The position numbers and the translations under genes were made by a program. This document shows positions 10,112 to 19,533 of a DNA stretch of 53,980 nt, piece by piece; position 1 is the stretch's first letter, and each line of letters opens with the position of its first letter. The stretch lies in NCBI GenBank assembly GCA_012518675.1, contig JAAYRR010000094.1, forward strand, positions 1 to 53,980, in the 5' to 3' direction. Origin of the DNA: Bacillota bacterium. Its GTDB lineage: Bacteria > Bacillota > Dethiobacteria > DTU022 > UBA8154. Below the pieces are notes generated by a model. That model did no database searches, had not been told where the DNA came from, and saw nothing but the letters and a program-made list of their open reading frames with translations.

Positions 10112-11260
10112 CTATTCGATAAGTTTTCCAGCAATTTCAAGTATCTCCATAACCTGCATTTCTTCTTCAAAGCCCTTCGCCTTAACAGCATCGTCCAAAG
10201 TTAAAACACAGAAGGGACAGGCAACAGCCAGGATGGTAGCACCCAGCTCCTTGGCATCGCGGACCCTTTCTTCCGCCAGGCGTTCCTTGTGGGATTCAGT
10301 TTCCGCCCACATCTTGCCCCCGCCCCCCTCGCAGCAAAGGCTGCGCTCCCTATTGCGTGAAAATTCAACTTGTTCTGCGCCGGGAATCTGGTTTAGTATA
10401 TAGCGCGGTTCATCATAAACATCGTTCCGCTTGCCCAAATAACAGGGATCATGAAAAACAATCTTCTGGGCAAATTCTTTTGTGAACACCAGTTTTTCAT
10501 CTTCCAGAATTTCCTTCAACAGATGTGTGTAGTGTATTACCTCTGCCTGCAAATCAGGATACTGATTTTTAAGGGCATCATAACAGTGGGGGGAAAGAGT
10601 TACAATCCTGGTGGTATCAAAGCTGTTTAACAGCTCTGTGCCATCTTCGACCATCATTTCAAAAAGGCCGTCCTCCCCAACTTCCCCCATGTTGTATATT
10701 TCACTGGCACAACAGACTTCGTCATCCCCTACAAAACCATAATCAATACCGGCTTTATTAAGTACTTTTACAAAGTTTTGGGCGATAACCTGAACCTTGG
10801 GATCATAGGCGATAGTACAACAAACAAAGATGAGGTTTTCCACTTTTTCCCCGGGTACAGCAATTTTAACATCCAATCCCTGCATCCAGTCACTGCGTGT
10901 CGCCTTGGGTTTGCTCCAGGGGTTACCCTCCCGAAAAGCGCTTTCCAAAGCATCCCTGACTGTCGGCTGAATTACACCGCTTTCTACAAGGATATTTCTA
11001 AGGCCAATCAGCACCTCCATAGGCTTAAGGCCTTTGGGACACCTGATGGCACAGGTTTCACAAGTGGTACAATCCCACACTTCCGGTAATTTTGCCAATT
11101 CATCAAGCATACTTTCGTCAAGGGCATCGTAAACAATGCGCCTTACGTTTAAATCAGTCCGTGTATTAACCGGGCAGCCTCCGGTACATCTTCCGCACTG
11201 GATGCACCCCAACAAATCATGTTTTTGAATAAAACTCTGAACTTCTGTATTCATCTTCAT
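10112..11260 (-). CDS. soluble HdrD/GlpC-like Fe-S oxidoreductase (2x[4Fe-4S] ferredoxin domain plus two CCG domains)
   Basis: CIQCGRCTGGCP and CTTCETCAIRCP, then CCG-type Cys motifs (VCCASE, DPCYLGK, CCEGGGG, ACPFC). I see no hydrophobic helices. Confidence 0.85.
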   Translation of the reverse strand: MKMNTEVQSFIQKHDLLGCIQCGRCTGGCPVNTRTDLNVRRIVYDALDESMLDELAKLPEVWDCTTCETCAIRCPKGLKPMEVLIGLRNILVESGVIQPTVRDALESAFREGNPWSKPKATRSDWMQGLDVKIAVPGEKVENLIFVCCTIAYDPKVQVIAQNFVKVLNKAGIDYGFVGDDEVCCASEIYNMGEVGEDGLFEMMVEDGTELLNSFDTTRIVTLSPHCYDALKNQYPDLQAEVIHYTHLLKEILEDEKLVFTKEFAQKIVFHDPCYLGKRNDVYDEPRYILNQIPGAEQVEFSRNRERSLCCEGGGGKMWAETESHKERLAEERVRDAKELGATILAVACPFCVLTLDDAVKAKGFEEEMQVMEILEIAGKLIE

Positions 11261-11386
11261 ACCTCGCTAGAGATGTAATTTTATCTACCATCCCTTCAAG
11301 ATTGCTTGCAACCGCCCACCAAATATTCCCCAATAAATAGAAAACTGCAGATTAGCTAAATTACTGTTAAAAAACCCTGTTAAAAA

Positions 11387-11415
11387 AATTTATCGTTGGC
11401 GGTAATTATTATCAA
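11387..11415 (-). promoter_or_regulatory. possible sigma-A promoter of the hdrD-like/etf/hdrA operon
   Basis: The minus strand reads TTGATA, 17 nt, TAAATT, about 125 nt upstream of the start at 11260. It overlaps a direct repeat TTTTTTAACAG x2. Confidence 0.3.
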
Positions 11416-12085
11416 ATTGTTCCCCTGCAAAGCACCTCCCCTTTAACCAAAATTTCGTTCAAAATCCGGACACCTGACCACATAACTTTATCCAGCATTA
11501 AATATATTTACCGCCCATTTTGAATTCGACATCAGAAAGAAAAAACCCTTCTTATTAACTTAAACTTTTAAGCATTCTGGAATAGTTTAAAAAATTGGAC
11601 GCTTTAGCCTATTCCCTTCCTATTGAAACCAAAATCAACCTTTTCCAGAAGGTGATCAAACGTAAGCAGTCACGCCACTTCCGCCAGAATAAAACCAAAT
11701 TAGACTAATATTGACATTATTTTCAACCAAAGGAATAGTTAGAAATAATATGTATTAATTTTTCTTAATATAGAGGATTTGAGGTTTACATGTCGAAAAA
11801 AGTTTTTAGGATTTAATTCCTTTAGTTAAATATATTACCAGAATGTAACTTCTTGTGTAAATTTGGACAACCATACAATGCGTGCGCCGGAAAGTTTCAT
11901 TTTTAGTCGGCGGGTCAGCGGTTGTTTTGCATTAAGAAAGCCAGGAACACGTGGTCCGGTCTCCGGTACTTCAGCCAACCACAAAAATCTAAGGCTGTTT
12001 AAAAGGGCAACTACGCTATTGTGCGAAAGGGGGCAGGCGTTTCCTTCCATCATTTAATTGGCAGGTTTTCACGCCTAAATTTTTC

Positions 12086-12274
12086 ATGAAACAAGAAGAT
12101 GAAAAGAAGCTGCTTGCGGATATTGAAAAACTTCGCATAAAATTAAACAAAGAATTAGATCCGGAAAGGAATGCCCCAAAAAACAGCCAACAAACTTATT
12201 TTTTAAGTTGTGAACTGGACAAGCTGATTAACAAGTACATGAAATTAACACAAACAAAAGAACTCGTAAAATGA
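12086..12274 (+). CDS. Spo0E-family sporulation regulatory aspartyl-phosphate phosphatase-like protein
   Basis: 62 aa, KLLADIEKLRIKLNKEL...YFLSCELDKLINKYM resembles the Spo0E helical hairpin pattern (IE.lR..L ... S..LD.LI). No clear Shine-Dalgarno upstream, hence moderate confidence. Confidence 0.55.
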   Translation: MKQEDEKKLLADIEKLRIKLNKELDPERNAPKNSQQTYFLSCELDKLINKYMKLTQTKELVK

Positions 12275-12351
12275 AACACTTAGTTAATCTGTAAGGGGGG
12301 CAAAGAGAAGAGGCAAAGTATTGGCATCCCGGAAACCTGCCCCGCCGTTTC

Positions 12352-14241
12352 TCAGACCAACTTCCGGGCCACTCTTTCATCCCCCAGGCGGCGGGTATAT
12401 TTGCAGCTGTCAAAATGTTCAAGCAGCGCCTGTGCATATTTGCGGGAGGTCTGCAGCAGATCACGGTATTGAGCAAGGTTTATCCGGGGGTTTTTTTGTA
12501 AATAGTCCTTTAAAACCTGCAGGCAGTGTTCATAGACCTTGCTTTGCAGGTAAATTTCTGCAGCAATTTTTACCAAAACCCCCCTGTAAGCAAGGTAATC
12601 CAGCAGATCTACAGCCTCCCCCTTTCCAAGGCCCAGGTCAATGCATAAATCCTTGGGCGCCGGAGGCGTGAGACCGCTTTTCTTAAAGAGGTTTTCGATT
12701 GCTGCCAGTTTTTTTTCCTGGCCCGGAGTAGGCCGGGGAATAAAGCCTTTTTTGGTAATTACATCCCCGCTGCTAATAAGCAAACCTTTACTTTTCAAAT
12801 GTTCCAAAAAGGCATCATAGGCGGGGCCGGCAATTTTGCGGGGCAGGTATCTGCCAATCCTTGATTTTGGTGCACCCGGTAACAAAGGTTTTTCTGTATG
12901 GAAATGTTCCAGTTCTTTCATTATTTCCTTTTCCCATTTTCCCCTGTCTGCAGCAGTAACGTATAGGTCACCGAACAAAGCCACCTTGCCCTCCGCGGCA
13001 GCCCTTTGTAACAGCGCTTCCAGCCGCTGGGGGGTCATTTTCGTCAGATGCGATAAGTCAGACAAAGGGGCAGCCTGGACAGCTGTTATTTTTTGTAGCA
13101 CGAAGGGAAGCGGGTCACCTTTTTCAAGTTCCTGTAACCTTTCCAATACATCCCGGTGAAACCGTTTGTGGCGCAAAGGGCGCTCATCAAGCACCTTCCC
13201 CCCGCCAATAGTGACAACCGGTGAATAGGAACGAATAATAAAGCGGTCACCGCGTTGGGCAATCAGGGGTTTATCAAGCCGGCATTGTACAAAACACTCT
13301 TTTCCCGGCAGCAGTTCTGTGTTCTCCAGCAAATACAAGGAGGCCACAGCCCGGGCCGTTCCCAAATAAAAATGAACCGGAACCATATTGGTTAGCGGAC
13401 GGGGGGCTGTGGAAAGCAATTTTAACTTGGCATCCAGGCGCCGGGTAGTATGAAAATAACCGGGGGCAGCCACTACCGACCCTCTTAGGACCCCTTCCTT
13501 TTCCAAGCCGGCCAGGTTCAAGGCTGTCCTCTGCCCTGCAAAGGCCTCCGCAACCCCCTCCCCATGGACCTGTATCCCCCGGACCCTGAAATTTCGGCCG
13601 GGAGGGGTTACTTCAACCGTTTCACCCGTTTTAACCGTACCGTTTAAAATTGTGCCTGTAACAACGGTTCCGAATCCGGAAAGGGAAAAAACCCGGTCCA
13701 CAGGCAGGCGCAAAGGAGCGTCTCTGTCACCGGCAGTTATTTTTTCTGCCATTAGGGCCACTGTCTCCCTTAAGTTTTCAATACCCTGTTTAGTAATTGC
13801 GGAAACAAGATGCAGGGGGCTGTTCGCCAAAAAGGTACCGGTAAAGGCCTCCTTTATTTCCTCTATAATCAGTTCCAACCATTCCTTGTCCACCAGATCA
13901 ATTTTGGTTACAACAATTATGCCTTTTTTTATTTGCAGCAATTCCAGAATGTCAAGATGTTCTTTTGTCTGGGGCATAACACCTTCTGTGGCGTCTACCA
14001 CCATCAAAACAAGGTCGATTCCCCCCACCCCGGCCAGCATGTTATGAATAAACCTTTCATGCCCGGGGACATCAACTATCCCTGCCAGACGGCCGCTGGG
14101 AAGCTGAAAGGGGGCAAACCCAAGATCGATGGAAATACCCCGTTTTTTTTCTTCTTTTAACCGATCTGTATCTGTGCCCGTCAGGGCCTTAATCAATTCT
14201 GTTTTACCGTGATCCACATGCCCGGCTGTCCCAATAATCAT
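12352..14241 (-). CDS. selB: selenocysteine-specific translation elongation factor
   Basis: 629 aa. [23 protein letters not shown]-domain, followed by a long winged-helix C-terminal extension. Overlaps selA by 4 nt. Confidence 0.95.
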   Translation of the reverse strand: MIIGTAGHVDHGKTELIKALTGTDTDRLKEEKKRGISIDLGFAPFQLPSGRLAGIVDVPGHERFIHNMLAGVGGIDLVLMVVDATEGVMPQTKEHLDILELLQIKKGIIVVTKIDLVDKEWLELIIEEIKEAFTGTFLANSPLHLVSAITKQGIENLRETVALMAEKITAGDRDAPLRLPVDRVFSLSGFGTVVTGTILNGTVKTGETVEVTPPGRNFRVRGIQVHGEGVAEAFAGQRTALNLAGLEKEGVLRGSVVAAPGYFHTTRRLDAKLKLLSTAPRPLTNMVPVHFYLGTARAVASLYLLENTELLPGKECFVQCRLDKPLIAQRGDRFIIRSYSPVVTIGGGKVLDERPLRHKRFHRDVLERLQELEKGDPLPFVLQKITAVQAAPLSDLSHLTKMTPQRLEALLQRAAAEGKVALFGDLYVTAADRGKWEKEIMKELEHFHTEKPLLPGAPKSRIGRYLPRKIAGPAYDAFLEHLKSKGLLISSGDVITKKGFIPRPTPGQEKKLAAIENLFKKSGLTPPAPKDLCIDLGLGKGEAVDLLDYLAYRGVLVKIAAEIYLQSKVYEHCLQVLKDYLQKNPRINLAQYRDLLQTSRKYAQALLEHFDSCKYTRRLGDERVARKLV

Positions 14242-15704
14242 GGCTCAAAACCCCCCCCGGTTTCTTCCTCTGCAGACCGCGGAAAAGTCTGCACAATCGT
14301 TTCTATTAACAGTTCATCAGCTTCTTCCAAAAGAGAACGCAAATCCAGCAAAATTTTATTTTTCAGCACCCGGGATATAACAGGATACCTGGTTCCCCGC
14401 AGTTTTTTAACCAGTTCGTTCACGCTCGTCCCTGTGCGTTCCAGGGTTACCTGGTAGCTGGGCAGGAAAGCAAGAGGCAATGAACCGCCCCCCACCCGGG
14501 CCTTTTCCCGGGAAATGCCGATAGTCCAGCCCGGGCCCAGCCTGGCAGCTAACTTTGCAGCCAAAACTTCTGCCCGTGCCTTCAAAACTGTGCTGGGAAC
14601 GGTGAGCATGCGTAAGACGGGGATTTCCCTGAAAGCTTTTTCTTCATCCAAGTAAAGGCGCAAAGTGCTTTCCAAAGCAGCCAGGGTCATTTTACCCACT
14701 CGCAAGGCCCTGGTTAGCTGATTACTTTTTATACTTTCCAGGTATTTTTTCTTGCCGATGATTAGACCGCTTTGAGGCCCCCCCAGCAGCTTATCCCCAC
14801 TAAAGGTTACAACATCAACCCCAGCCTTTATAGAATCCTGAACCCGGGGTTCATAGGGCAGGCCGTAGCGGGTGAGATCGACCAGGACCCCACTGCCCAA
14901 GTCTTCCATAACCGGCAAACAGCACTTCCGGCCCAGCCCTGCAAGCGAAGCAGCGTCTACTGAGGATGTAAAACCCATAATTTTAAAGTTGCTGCTGTGC
15001 ACCTTCAACAGCAGGGCTGTTTTTTCGTTAATGGCCCCTTCATAATCCCGCAGGTAGCTTTTATTAGTGGTCCCTACCTCGGCAAGCAGTGCCCCGCTGG
15101 CAGTCATCACCTCCGGCAGACGAAAAGAGCCCCCAATCTCTACCAGTTCACCGCGGGAAACAACAACCTCCCGCCCTGCCGCAAGGGTATTTAAAGCCAG
15201 GAAAACCGCCCCCGCGTTGTTGTTGACCACCAACGCCGCTTCTGCCCCCGTAATCCGGCAAATAAGTTCTTCCACATGTTCATAACGATAGGCCCGGCGG
15301 CCGGTTTGCAGTGAAAGTTCCAGATTGCAAAAAGAGCTGCTTATCCTCTGCAGCATCGCTGCTGCAACTGCAGCCAATGGGGCCCGTCCCAAATTTGTAT
15401 GCAAGAGCACACCGGTAGCATTAAAAACAGGCTGAAAATTGGCCCTGGATCTTTCATCAACCTTCTGCCTGGCTTCTAAAGCAAGGGCAGCAGGGGAAAG
15501 GGTCATACCTTCCAGTTGCCGACCCGTTAAAGCCCTTTGAATAACAGCCCGTTTTTCAGCCACTACTTCCTGCACAGCTTCCACAATAAGGTCACGTGGT
15601 ATTTCCCTTTCCACCCCCTTCAACTCTGTTTCCTGTAAAATCTTATCTACAGCCGGCAAAAGACGTAAATACTTTTGCCGGAGCTGTTTATAATCCAGGG
15701 ACAA
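14238..15704 (-). CDS. selA: L-seryl-tRNA(Sec) selenium transferase
   Basis: 488 aa. PLP-lysine motif FSGDKLLGGPQSG and NNNAGAVFLAL are typical of SelA. Confidence 0.95.
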   Translation of the reverse strand: MSLDYKQLRQKYLRLLPAVDKILQETELKGVEREIPRDLIVEAVQEVVAEKRAVIQRALTGRQLEGMTLSPAALALEARQKVDERSRANFQPVFNATGVLLHTNLGRAPLAAVAAAMLQRISSSFCNLELSLQTGRRAYRYEHVEELICRITGAEAALVVNNNAGAVFLALNTLAAGREVVVSRGELVEIGGSFRLPEVMTASGALLAEVGTTNKSYLRDYEGAINEKTALLLKVHSSNFKIMGFTSSVDAASLAGLGRKCCLPVMEDLGSGVLVDLTRYGLPYEPRVQDSIKAGVDVVTFSGDKLLGGPQSGLIIGKKKYLESIKSNQLTRALRVGKMTLAALESTLRLYLDEEKAFREIPVLRMLTVPSTVLKARAEVLAAKLAARLGPGWTIGISREKARVGGGSLPLAFLPSYQVTLERTGTSVNELVKKLRGTRYPVISRVLKNKILLDLRSLLEEADELLIETIVQTFPRSAEEETGGGFEP

Positions 15705-15806
15705 TTTTTTTCCCCCTTCCTTTCTCTGCTTAATTATAGCCTGAAGAAGGTTTATTGGACAAGGAACGGACCAGAAAAGCAGGGGTCCGTAAGAAACGTT
15801 ACCGAT

Positions 15807-16049
15807 CTATACTTTATAGACAACATCACCCCCTTTTACCCTGTTGTCCACTTTCAGGCCGACCGCCTGCCCCGCCTGGGCGGTTTCAATATCTTCATGA
15901 TCGATTTGCATGGATGCAACTACCTGTTCAAAATCGCTGTTACTGCCCTTAAAAGCAATCCTATCCCCAACACTGATTGTAGCCGTCAGTTCCACCACTG
16001 CCACCGACACCTTGCCAAAATAATGGGTCACCTTGCCAATTTCATCCAT
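15807..16049 (-). CDS. small EF-Tu domain-2-like beta-barrel protein (translation elongation factor-like)
   Basis: Start chosen at the ATG at 16049 (MDEIGKVTHYFGKVSVAVVEL...), preceded by AGGAAGGGG. VGDRIAFKG...QAGQAVGLKV..VKGGDVVYKV looks like a translation-factor domain II barrel. Confidence 0.6.
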   Translation of the reverse strand: MDEIGKVTHYFGKVSVAVVELTATISVGDRIAFKGSNSDFEQVVASMQIDHEDIETAQAGQAVGLKVDNRVKGGDVVYKV

Positions 16050-16351
16050 ACTGTATACCCCTTCCTGAAGTATAATATATTTTTTACCAATTATAACAGA
16101 CAACCTGCAAAAAAAAGATTGGGTTGCTATATTTTCCCTGTATTTATTTTGCCTGATTACCAAAAATTTCATTCTTTTACAACCCTTAAACCGAACCAGG
16201 CGTACCATTTCAGCAGCACCCCTGCGGTTACCCGCCAGGTAGGAAATGACACAGTGAAACCGGAAGTTAGTTTGTGGGTATCCAACTTTATACTATATAA
16301 TAGAAATATCAGACAAGTTTTAAGGGATAGGATGGAGGAATTTCAAAGTTT

Positions 16352-17614
16352 ATGCTGCAGTCAAAGCGTGGGTTGGTTTTCGGTGTTTTATGTTTAATTT
16401 TTGTTTCTGCCCTTTTTTTACGTACCTGCACGGCTGTCATTGCTGAAGATCTGTTAAGAGACTTTGCCATACCGCCCACCTCTTTGGGACTGATGGCTTC
16501 AGTTTTCTTTTATGCCTACGCCAGCGCCCAGATACCCGTAGGCATTCTTGCGGATCGATTTGGTGTAGGGTGCACTGTTTTTGGTTTTGGGCTGCTGGGT
16601 GTTGCAGCCTCCTTATCCTTCGCCTATGCACCGAACATACAAATTGCCACCTGGACCAGGATGCTTACCGGGGCAGGTACAGCCGGCATCTTTATCCCGA
16701 CGTTAAAATTTCTTTCCCTTACCTACCCACCACAAAAATTTGCCACCATGAGCAGTGTCATCAACGCTGCAGGCAGCATGGGAAGCATGCTTTCCACACT
16801 GCCCATGGCCCTGTTGGTAGAAAAAATAGGCTGGCGCCATTCCCTGGTCATACCGACAGCGGTTATGTTTGTGTTGCTCCTGTTCGTCTGGTTTTTAATG
16901 AAACCGCTCACAAAAACAACGGGTAGGACCATAAAAGCAATAAACGAAGGAACAGAAAACCCTCAGGCGTCAACATCCAGTCAAAAAACTGCCGTTGCTT
17001 TTTGGCGCCAACCGGTATTCTGGCCCTTTGCCATCTGGGCGTTTCTTGTTTATGGTGTCTTACTCAGTTTTTCCAGCCTTTGGGGGGCAACGTACTTGCA
17101 GGAAGTCTTTCATGTAAGCAGAAAAACCGCCGGCGGTCATTTAATGTTTGTTTTTATCGGTATGATCGCCGGGGGGGTGCTTTGGGGGGTGCTGTCTGAT
17201 CGCGTTTTCAAGGCCCGCCGCCCCATTATGTTTATCGCAACGCTGGGCCAGCTTCTTTTATGGCTGGTCATGGTTCTTCTTTCCACCTACCCCGGCCCCT
17301 TTTTTACATCTCTAATCTATTTGGCGATCGGCACCTGCAGCGTCGTTTTTCTCATCAACCTAAGCTGCGTAAAAGAACTTTTTCCTGCCAACGTTGCCGC
17401 TACAGCCATGGGAACGGTAGATGCTTTTATGTTTTTTGGTGTTGCCTTTTTTCAGGGAATTACCGGGTATCTCTTGGATATAACCACAAAAAATCATTCT
17501 TTTGGGAAGGCTTTTCACTATATTTTCATCCTTTACCTTGTCAGCATTATTTTTGCTTTTTTGCTGATCTTATTGATGCCCGAAACCTTCCCTGTAAACA
17601 AAAAAACCAGCTAA
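16352..17614 (+). CDS. MFS transporter
   Basis: 420 aa with about 12 hydrophobic segments and an MFS loop motif GILADRFG between TM2 and TM3. Confidence 0.85.
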   Translation: MLQSKRGLVFGVLCLIFVSALFLRTCTAVIAEDLLRDFAIPPTSLGLMASVFFYAYASAQIPVGILADRFGVGCTVFGFGLLGVAASLSFAYAPNIQIATWTRMLTGAGTAGIFIPTLKFLSLTYPPQKFATMSSVINAAGSMGSMLSTLPMALLVEKIGWRHSLVIPTAVMFVLLLFVWFLMKPLTKTTGRTIKAINEGTENPQASTSSQKTAVAFWRQPVFWPFAIWAFLVYGVLLSFSSLWGATYLQEVFHVSRKTAGGHLMFVFIGMIAGGVLWGVLSDRVFKARRPIMFIATLGQLLLWLVMVLLSTYPGPFFTSLIYLAIGTCSVVFLINLSCVKELFPANVAATAMGTVDAFMFFGVAFFQGITGYLLDITTKNHSFGKAFHYIFILYLVSIIFAFLLILLMPETFPVNKKTS

Positions 17615-17732
17615 TCCCAAGGATTTTTGCAAACCACTTAAACGGATTACCCGGCTATGGAACCATACCCCACCCTGTGGGGGTTAAAATTTCTGAAAGA
17701 ACAAGATTTTAATCTTTACCTACAGTCTTTAC

Positions 17733-17897
17733 CTAATCAAAGCTCAAACGTTCTTTATGCTTGCAACCTATACAGATTAAATCCACGTCGCCGTCATTCC
17801 AAATCAGAACAACCCCCTGATTTCCATCACAAACCGGGCATTTAACGATATGGCTGTCAATTACCTGTGCCTCAAAAGTTTCATATTCCTTTTCCAT
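17733..17897 (-). CDS. small zinc-ribbon protein (hypothetical)
   Basis: 54 aa from the ATG at 17897, preceded by GGAGG. CPVC...CIGC pair. Lies immediately downstream of tRNA-Sec on the same strand. Confidence 0.4.
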   Translation of the reverse strand: MEKEYETFEAQVIDSHIVKCPVCDGNQGVVLIWNDGDVDLICIGCKHKERLSFD

Positions 17898-17942
17898 TAC
17901 TAACCTCCTGAACAAAATCACACTTTAATATCCTGTAATTTT

Positions 17943-18038
17943 TGGCGGGAGTAGATGGGAATCGAACCCACCATGGGCCTCGTCAGCCCATCATTGGATT
18001 TGAAGTCCAAGGCGCCCACCAGGTGCACAACTACCCCC
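17943..18038 (-). tRNA. selC: tRNA-Sec (anticodon UCA)
   Basis: Minus strand: GGGGGTAG TT GTGCAC CTGGT GGGCGC C TTGGA CTTCAAA TCCAA TG ATGGGC TGACGAG GCCCAT G GTGGG TTCGATT CCCAT CTACTCCC G CCA. It has an 8-bp acceptor stem, a 6-bp D stem, a UCA anticodon, a long 6-bp variable arm, a 5-bp T stem and an encoded CCA. This is the bacterial 8/5 tRNA-Sec architecture. Confidence 0.9.
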
Positions 18039-18204
18039 ATATACCGCGGGAAACCTTATTCTGTCGTGCTTCCCTCGCTCAATTATAAGCCTTTTATTAT
18101 TTTAAAGCAAGTAAATTTTACTTTCACAGGGCTGTTGTTTTCCATATATATTTCATTTATTTCCTGCTATTAACAGAAAAGTTGTTGCCAGAAACATTAC
18201 ATTC

Positions 18205-18240
18205 CCAAATTAAAAAGGCGGTTTTTGTTCACCGCCTTTT
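18205..18240 (-). terminator. rho-independent terminator of the lar operon
   Basis: The minus strand reads AAAAGGCGGT gaacaaaa ACCGCCTTTTT AATTT, about 55 nt after the larC stop. Confidence 0.7.
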
Positions 18241-18293
18241 AGAAAGATATTTTACATCCTCTAAAATTTACAAATTAAAAGGGACAAAGTGAC

Positions 18294-19499
18294 TCAGGGT
18301 TTCAGGGTTTTCCAAACATGCTGGTAAACTTTTTTTAGGGGTACGTTGTGCTTGCCGGCAATTTGGGAACAATCATCATATTCGGGGGCGATGTTGTGGT
18401 AATCTGGGGGTTGGCCGGCAACCACTACCCGGACCGGTCCCCAAGGGGTTTCTACAACAGACTGTTCCCGGGGCAACATGATTTTTTCGGCAGAATGCCG
18501 TCTAAAACCCAGCGTCGTCGTTTCCTGAAGTAATATCCGGCCTAACTGGTAGGATTTTTGGGGACTTGCCAAAATGGTAATTTTAACAGCAGGCCTGTTT
18601 TTTTTCATTTGGATCGGGGTGAAATAAACATCTAAGGCCCCGGCGGATAACAGTTTCTTCAAAACATAATCGTAGATTTCCGGGTTAAGATCATCTACGT
18701 TGGCCTCAATAATTTCCAGCGGTTCGGTAAGCAGTTTTCCCGGCAATAAATTTTCACCAGCCGGAAACTGCCCCGCTGCTGTAAGTTTACCCACGAAAGC
18801 CCGGACAACGTTGGGACGATCAAAGTCTTTAGTGCCTGCACCATAGCCAATTTTTTCAATGATCATCGGGGGCAGAGGTATAAACCCTGAACTCAGGGTG
18901 CCCAGCAGGGCCGCCCCGGTAGGGGTTACCGTTTCTTCTTCCAAGGAAATACCATAACAGGGTATGCCCCGTTCTCTAATTATTTCTGCCGCAGCCGGGG
19001 CGGGCAGGGGTATCCAACCATGGCTGGCCTTGATCCAGCCTTTTCCTAAGGGCAGGGGTGACGAAAAAATTTGTTCAACCCCGAGCATTTCCAATGCAAT
19101 GACACTGCCAACAATATCAACAATAGCGTCCACGGCCCCTACCTCGTGAAAGTGGACCTTGTCGGCAGAAATACCATGGATTTTGGCCTCTGCGCGCGCC
19201 AGGGTTTGGAAAACAGCAATACTTTTTTCTTTTACAGCCGTTGAAAGAGCAGCCCCTTTGATAATAGCTGTAATTTCAGGAAGGTTACGTGCAGGCTGCT
19301 TTTCAGTGACATGAATTTTGATCTGGAGGGCGCTCAGGCTTTTTTTATTTGTACGTTCGCTTGCAAAAACATAGCCCTTTACAGGCAAAAGTTGCAGCTG
19401 TTTTTTAAATTCCTTCATTTCCAGCCCACAATCATGCAGTGCAGCTAAAATCATATCACCTGCTGCACCGGCAGTACATTCTAAATACAGTCCCCGCAT
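18294..19499 (-). CDS. larC: nickel-pincer cofactor biosynthesis protein LarC (nickel insertase, DUF111)
   Basis: 401 aa. N-terminus MRGLYLECTAGAAGDMILAAL, and central EANVDDLNPE...FTPIQMKKNRP typical of LarC. Confidence 0.9.
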   Translation of the reverse strand: MRGLYLECTAGAAGDMILAALHDCGLEMKEFKKQLQLLPVKGYVFASERTNKKSLSALQIKIHVTEKQPARNLPEITAIIKGAALSTAVKEKSIAVFQTLARAEAKIHGISADKVHFHEVGAVDAIVDIVGSVIALEMLGVEQIFSSPLPLGKGWIKASHGWIPLPAPAAAEIIRERGIPCYGISLEEETVTPTGAALLGTLSSGFIPLPPMIIEKIGYGAGTKDFDRPNVVRAFVGKLTAAGQFPAGENLLPGKLLTEPLEIIEANVDDLNPEIYDYVLKKLLSAGALDVYFTPIQMKKNRPAVKITILASPQKSYQLGRILLQETTTLGFRRHSAEKIMLPREQSVVETPWGPVRVVVAGQPPDYHNIAPEYDDCSQIAGKHNVPLKKVYQHVWKTLKP

Positions 19500-19533
19500 T
19501 AACTTTAACCCCTTTCCTATAACAGCATAAGGT

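Noticed and set aside
15675-16397. 240-aa plus-strand ORF spanning the selA start, the small EF-like gene and the MFS gene start.
   Set aside because: It overlaps three better-supported features. The product is rich in F/Y/H/N with no motifs, and the region is AT-rich, which lengthens random ORFs.
17666-17690. Short hairpin CCCCAC-cct-GTGGGG after the MFS gene, considered as a terminator.
   Set aside because: It has only 6 bp with a 3-nt loop and a poor T-run (GTTAAAATTT). That is too weak to call.
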